From positions 6,995-70,994 of the forward strand of contig DF237429.1 of the NCBI GenBank assembly GCA_000708835.1: DNA of 64,000 nt. The letters are read 5' to 3'. How positions within the stretch are numbered: position 1 is the first letter of the stretch; every line of letters begins with the position of its first letter. The notes under the pieces are model-generated. The model had not been told where the DNA came from and did no database searches. It worked only from the letters and a program-made list of their open reading frames with translations. This document shows, piece by piece, positions 62,036 to 64,000 of the stretch. A program made the position numbers and the translations under genes. This DNA comes from Klebsormidium nitens. Lineage: Eukaryota > Plantae > Klebsormidiophyceae.

Positions 62036-63429
62036 GTATGTTGACTGCAAATTACTCCTGCCGTGCGCGGCAATACTTTAAGTACATCCAAGGAATACTT
62101 TCTTGAGGCTTAACAAACATTTCGGAACCACACAAGATTGAATTGAATACACAGGATTCCTGTCTCGATCCATTTGCAGTTCCCTATCCTCCTATCCATC
62201 TATGAAGAGCGTTAGATGGCGTCCGTTATAAGAGACCGCATGTCCATGCCGTTAAATCCGGATCATGTGCTGGGTACGCACAGACTTACACGTCCATGCA
62301 ATGAATCGCTTAGGTTCTTGCGAAAAAGAGGCCTTCGTAAAAGCTTACTTATGATGCGTCATACTCTCGAGCACGTATATGGACGTCACAACATTTCAGG
62401 TATCAAAATGTGAGTGCTATCGCATCGTTACAGCCATCGTTGTGCCTCTGAGTCTGCCCATTGCCTCCAAATCCTTTTAAATTGATCGTGACAGTATCAA
62501 CCATGCGGCGAAAATTACGGAACATCATTCTTGTGATCATCGTGGTCTTCTCATGCAACTTTTTCCTCACATGTATGAGATAGCCTGGCATACGAAATGG
62601 GTACACGTCAAGCAGGACTCATTGGTAGGAGTTTCGCACATGCGACAACCCATGTTCTGTTATCATTGCTGACTGAACCACCCGCTTGACTTCGACGATC
62701 AAAACTTATATTTCTAGCAAAGCTCCGTTGCATCCATTGAAGAGAACTGCAACTTTGCAATTTTTCTCGTGTTTCGGCGGCAGAAAATAGACCGAAGTAG
62801 ACGGAACTTGCGTCAAACAAGAAATATTTCTGCGCCCATAATAGTCGCCAAGTCTGCAGATAATACAACTTTTTCACCTCTCCGTTACTAGCGATCCCGT
62901 GCCTCTAATGCTTATTGAAATCGCCGCCTTGTAGCTCTCCATATCCTAGCTGCTCACCGGCTCTTCGCCATTCTATCGTCGTTTGATGCCAATCCGCCTT
63001 TTCCTACTTTGTCCTGCTCGGCGGAACCCGTTCTCTCCGGTCACTACTTCGTGGAACGCTCTACTTCCCTATGCCTTATTCATCTGGCTCTGCTCTTGCC
63101 TTGGCGTCATGGGAATTACTCGAACCAAACAGATGGCCAAGGATTCAGGTTGAACTTGGTTACGTATAAGCATTGCGCCGACTTACTATGTCACCACCCC
63201 CCGAGCGGCCCACTGTGCATCGCTTTCATCCCACTCGCCGCTCTTTCTCCCACGTCCAGCTCTTACTAACCGGTGTATGTTCTGAAGCTTCTGTTCCCTT
63301 TCCTCAGCACTTTTGCAGCAATCTGACCTCGTCCTACCGCTATTAAATCTTTTCCCTTGCACCTCCTAACCCTGACTAACTTCTAATTTTCGACTAAACC
63401 CCAATCCCGTTCCCCTTGACCGACTTAAG

Positions 63430-63667
63430 CTAACCCCTGAGTCGCCGGTTATGCAGCGCTTCCACCTCTTGTTGGTTCTGCTTTTTCAGCTCACGCCAGC
63501 AGTCCAGGTTCAGTAAGTCGCAGGGCCCCCACGGAAAGTCCTTGTGCCGGATGCGCATGTACGGGTAGCGCGGCCGCGGCGCGTCCAGGAACGGGTGGTG
63601 GATCTCTTCCTCGAGGTGGGTTAAGTCGTACAGGGCCTTGACCGAGATGATGACCAGGGCGACTTGC
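63430..63667 (-). CDS. COX6A: Cytochrome c oxidase subunit 6A-like, last coding exon (upstream exons lie beyond right edge)
   Basis: Not in the ORF track. After acceptor ttcttgtag: QVALVIISVKALYDLTHLEEEIHHPFLDAPRPRYPYMRIRHKDFPWGPCDLLNLDCWRELKKQNQQEVEALHNRRLRG*; TM helix followed by the COX6A YPY(M/L)RIRxKxFPWG signature. Confidence 0.82.
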
Positions 63668-64000
63668 CTACAAGAACGGATCGGGTTTGCTCTTAATCTC
63701 GTCTGTAACGAGAAGTTGACCTGACCTGAATTCGATGAACCAATCCCGGTGTGACGGTTGGACAGGGTTTACACGCTGCCTGTCTACTTCACATGTGCGG
63801 AAACCATGCGAAGCTTTTCAGCACGCCTTGGGATCACCTCAGCAAGAGCGCCTCTCAGAAAAATTGCGTCTTCTTGCCTTCTTCCCAAAGACTGATTAGT
63901 TAGGACTCACGAAGAGGCTCCATATTCAGTCAAGGAGTCTCGAGACTCGCACCTCGCAAGGCACTTGCTTCTTTACGCTTGATGAAATCACAAGAGCCAT

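Noticed and set aside
1-64000. tRNA, rRNA, snRNA or snoRNA genes (especially near SNAPC4 and RPAP3)
   Set aside because: No cloverleaf, rRNA or U-snRNA signature recognised by eye; an Infernal/Rfam scan would be needed to exclude small intronic RNAs.

Overview
Intron-rich eukaryotic (streptophyte green-algal, Klebsormidium-like by inference) nuclear DNA. By reading GT/GC-AG splice signals and checking reading-frame phase across every junction I reconstruct 11 protein genes that alternate strictly in strand: Argonaute (-, runs off the left edge), an unannotated-looking secreted Ig/FN3-like protein (+), SNAPC4/MYB4R1-like Myb protein (-), a 92-aa small protein (+), flavodiiron protein FLVB (-), RPAP3-like TPR co-chaperone (+), a C-terminal RING protein (-), an acidic type II membrane orphan (+), a secreted Pmp-repeat/EGF glycoprotein (-), a GPI-tailed rhamnogalacturonan lyase PL4 (+) and the last exon of COX6A (-). 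No tRNA, rRNA, CRISPR array or intact transposon was seen. Most unusual signals: three independent genes carry diverged intronic 'echo' copies of an exon end together with its splice site, 120-170 nt from the real one; a phased GACAGCTGG array in an intron; short-palindrome-rich tracts at the convergent gene junctions; and a SNAPC4 homolog in which one Myb repeat appears replaced by an AT-hook-like linker. All gene models are hand-built and unverified by transcripts.
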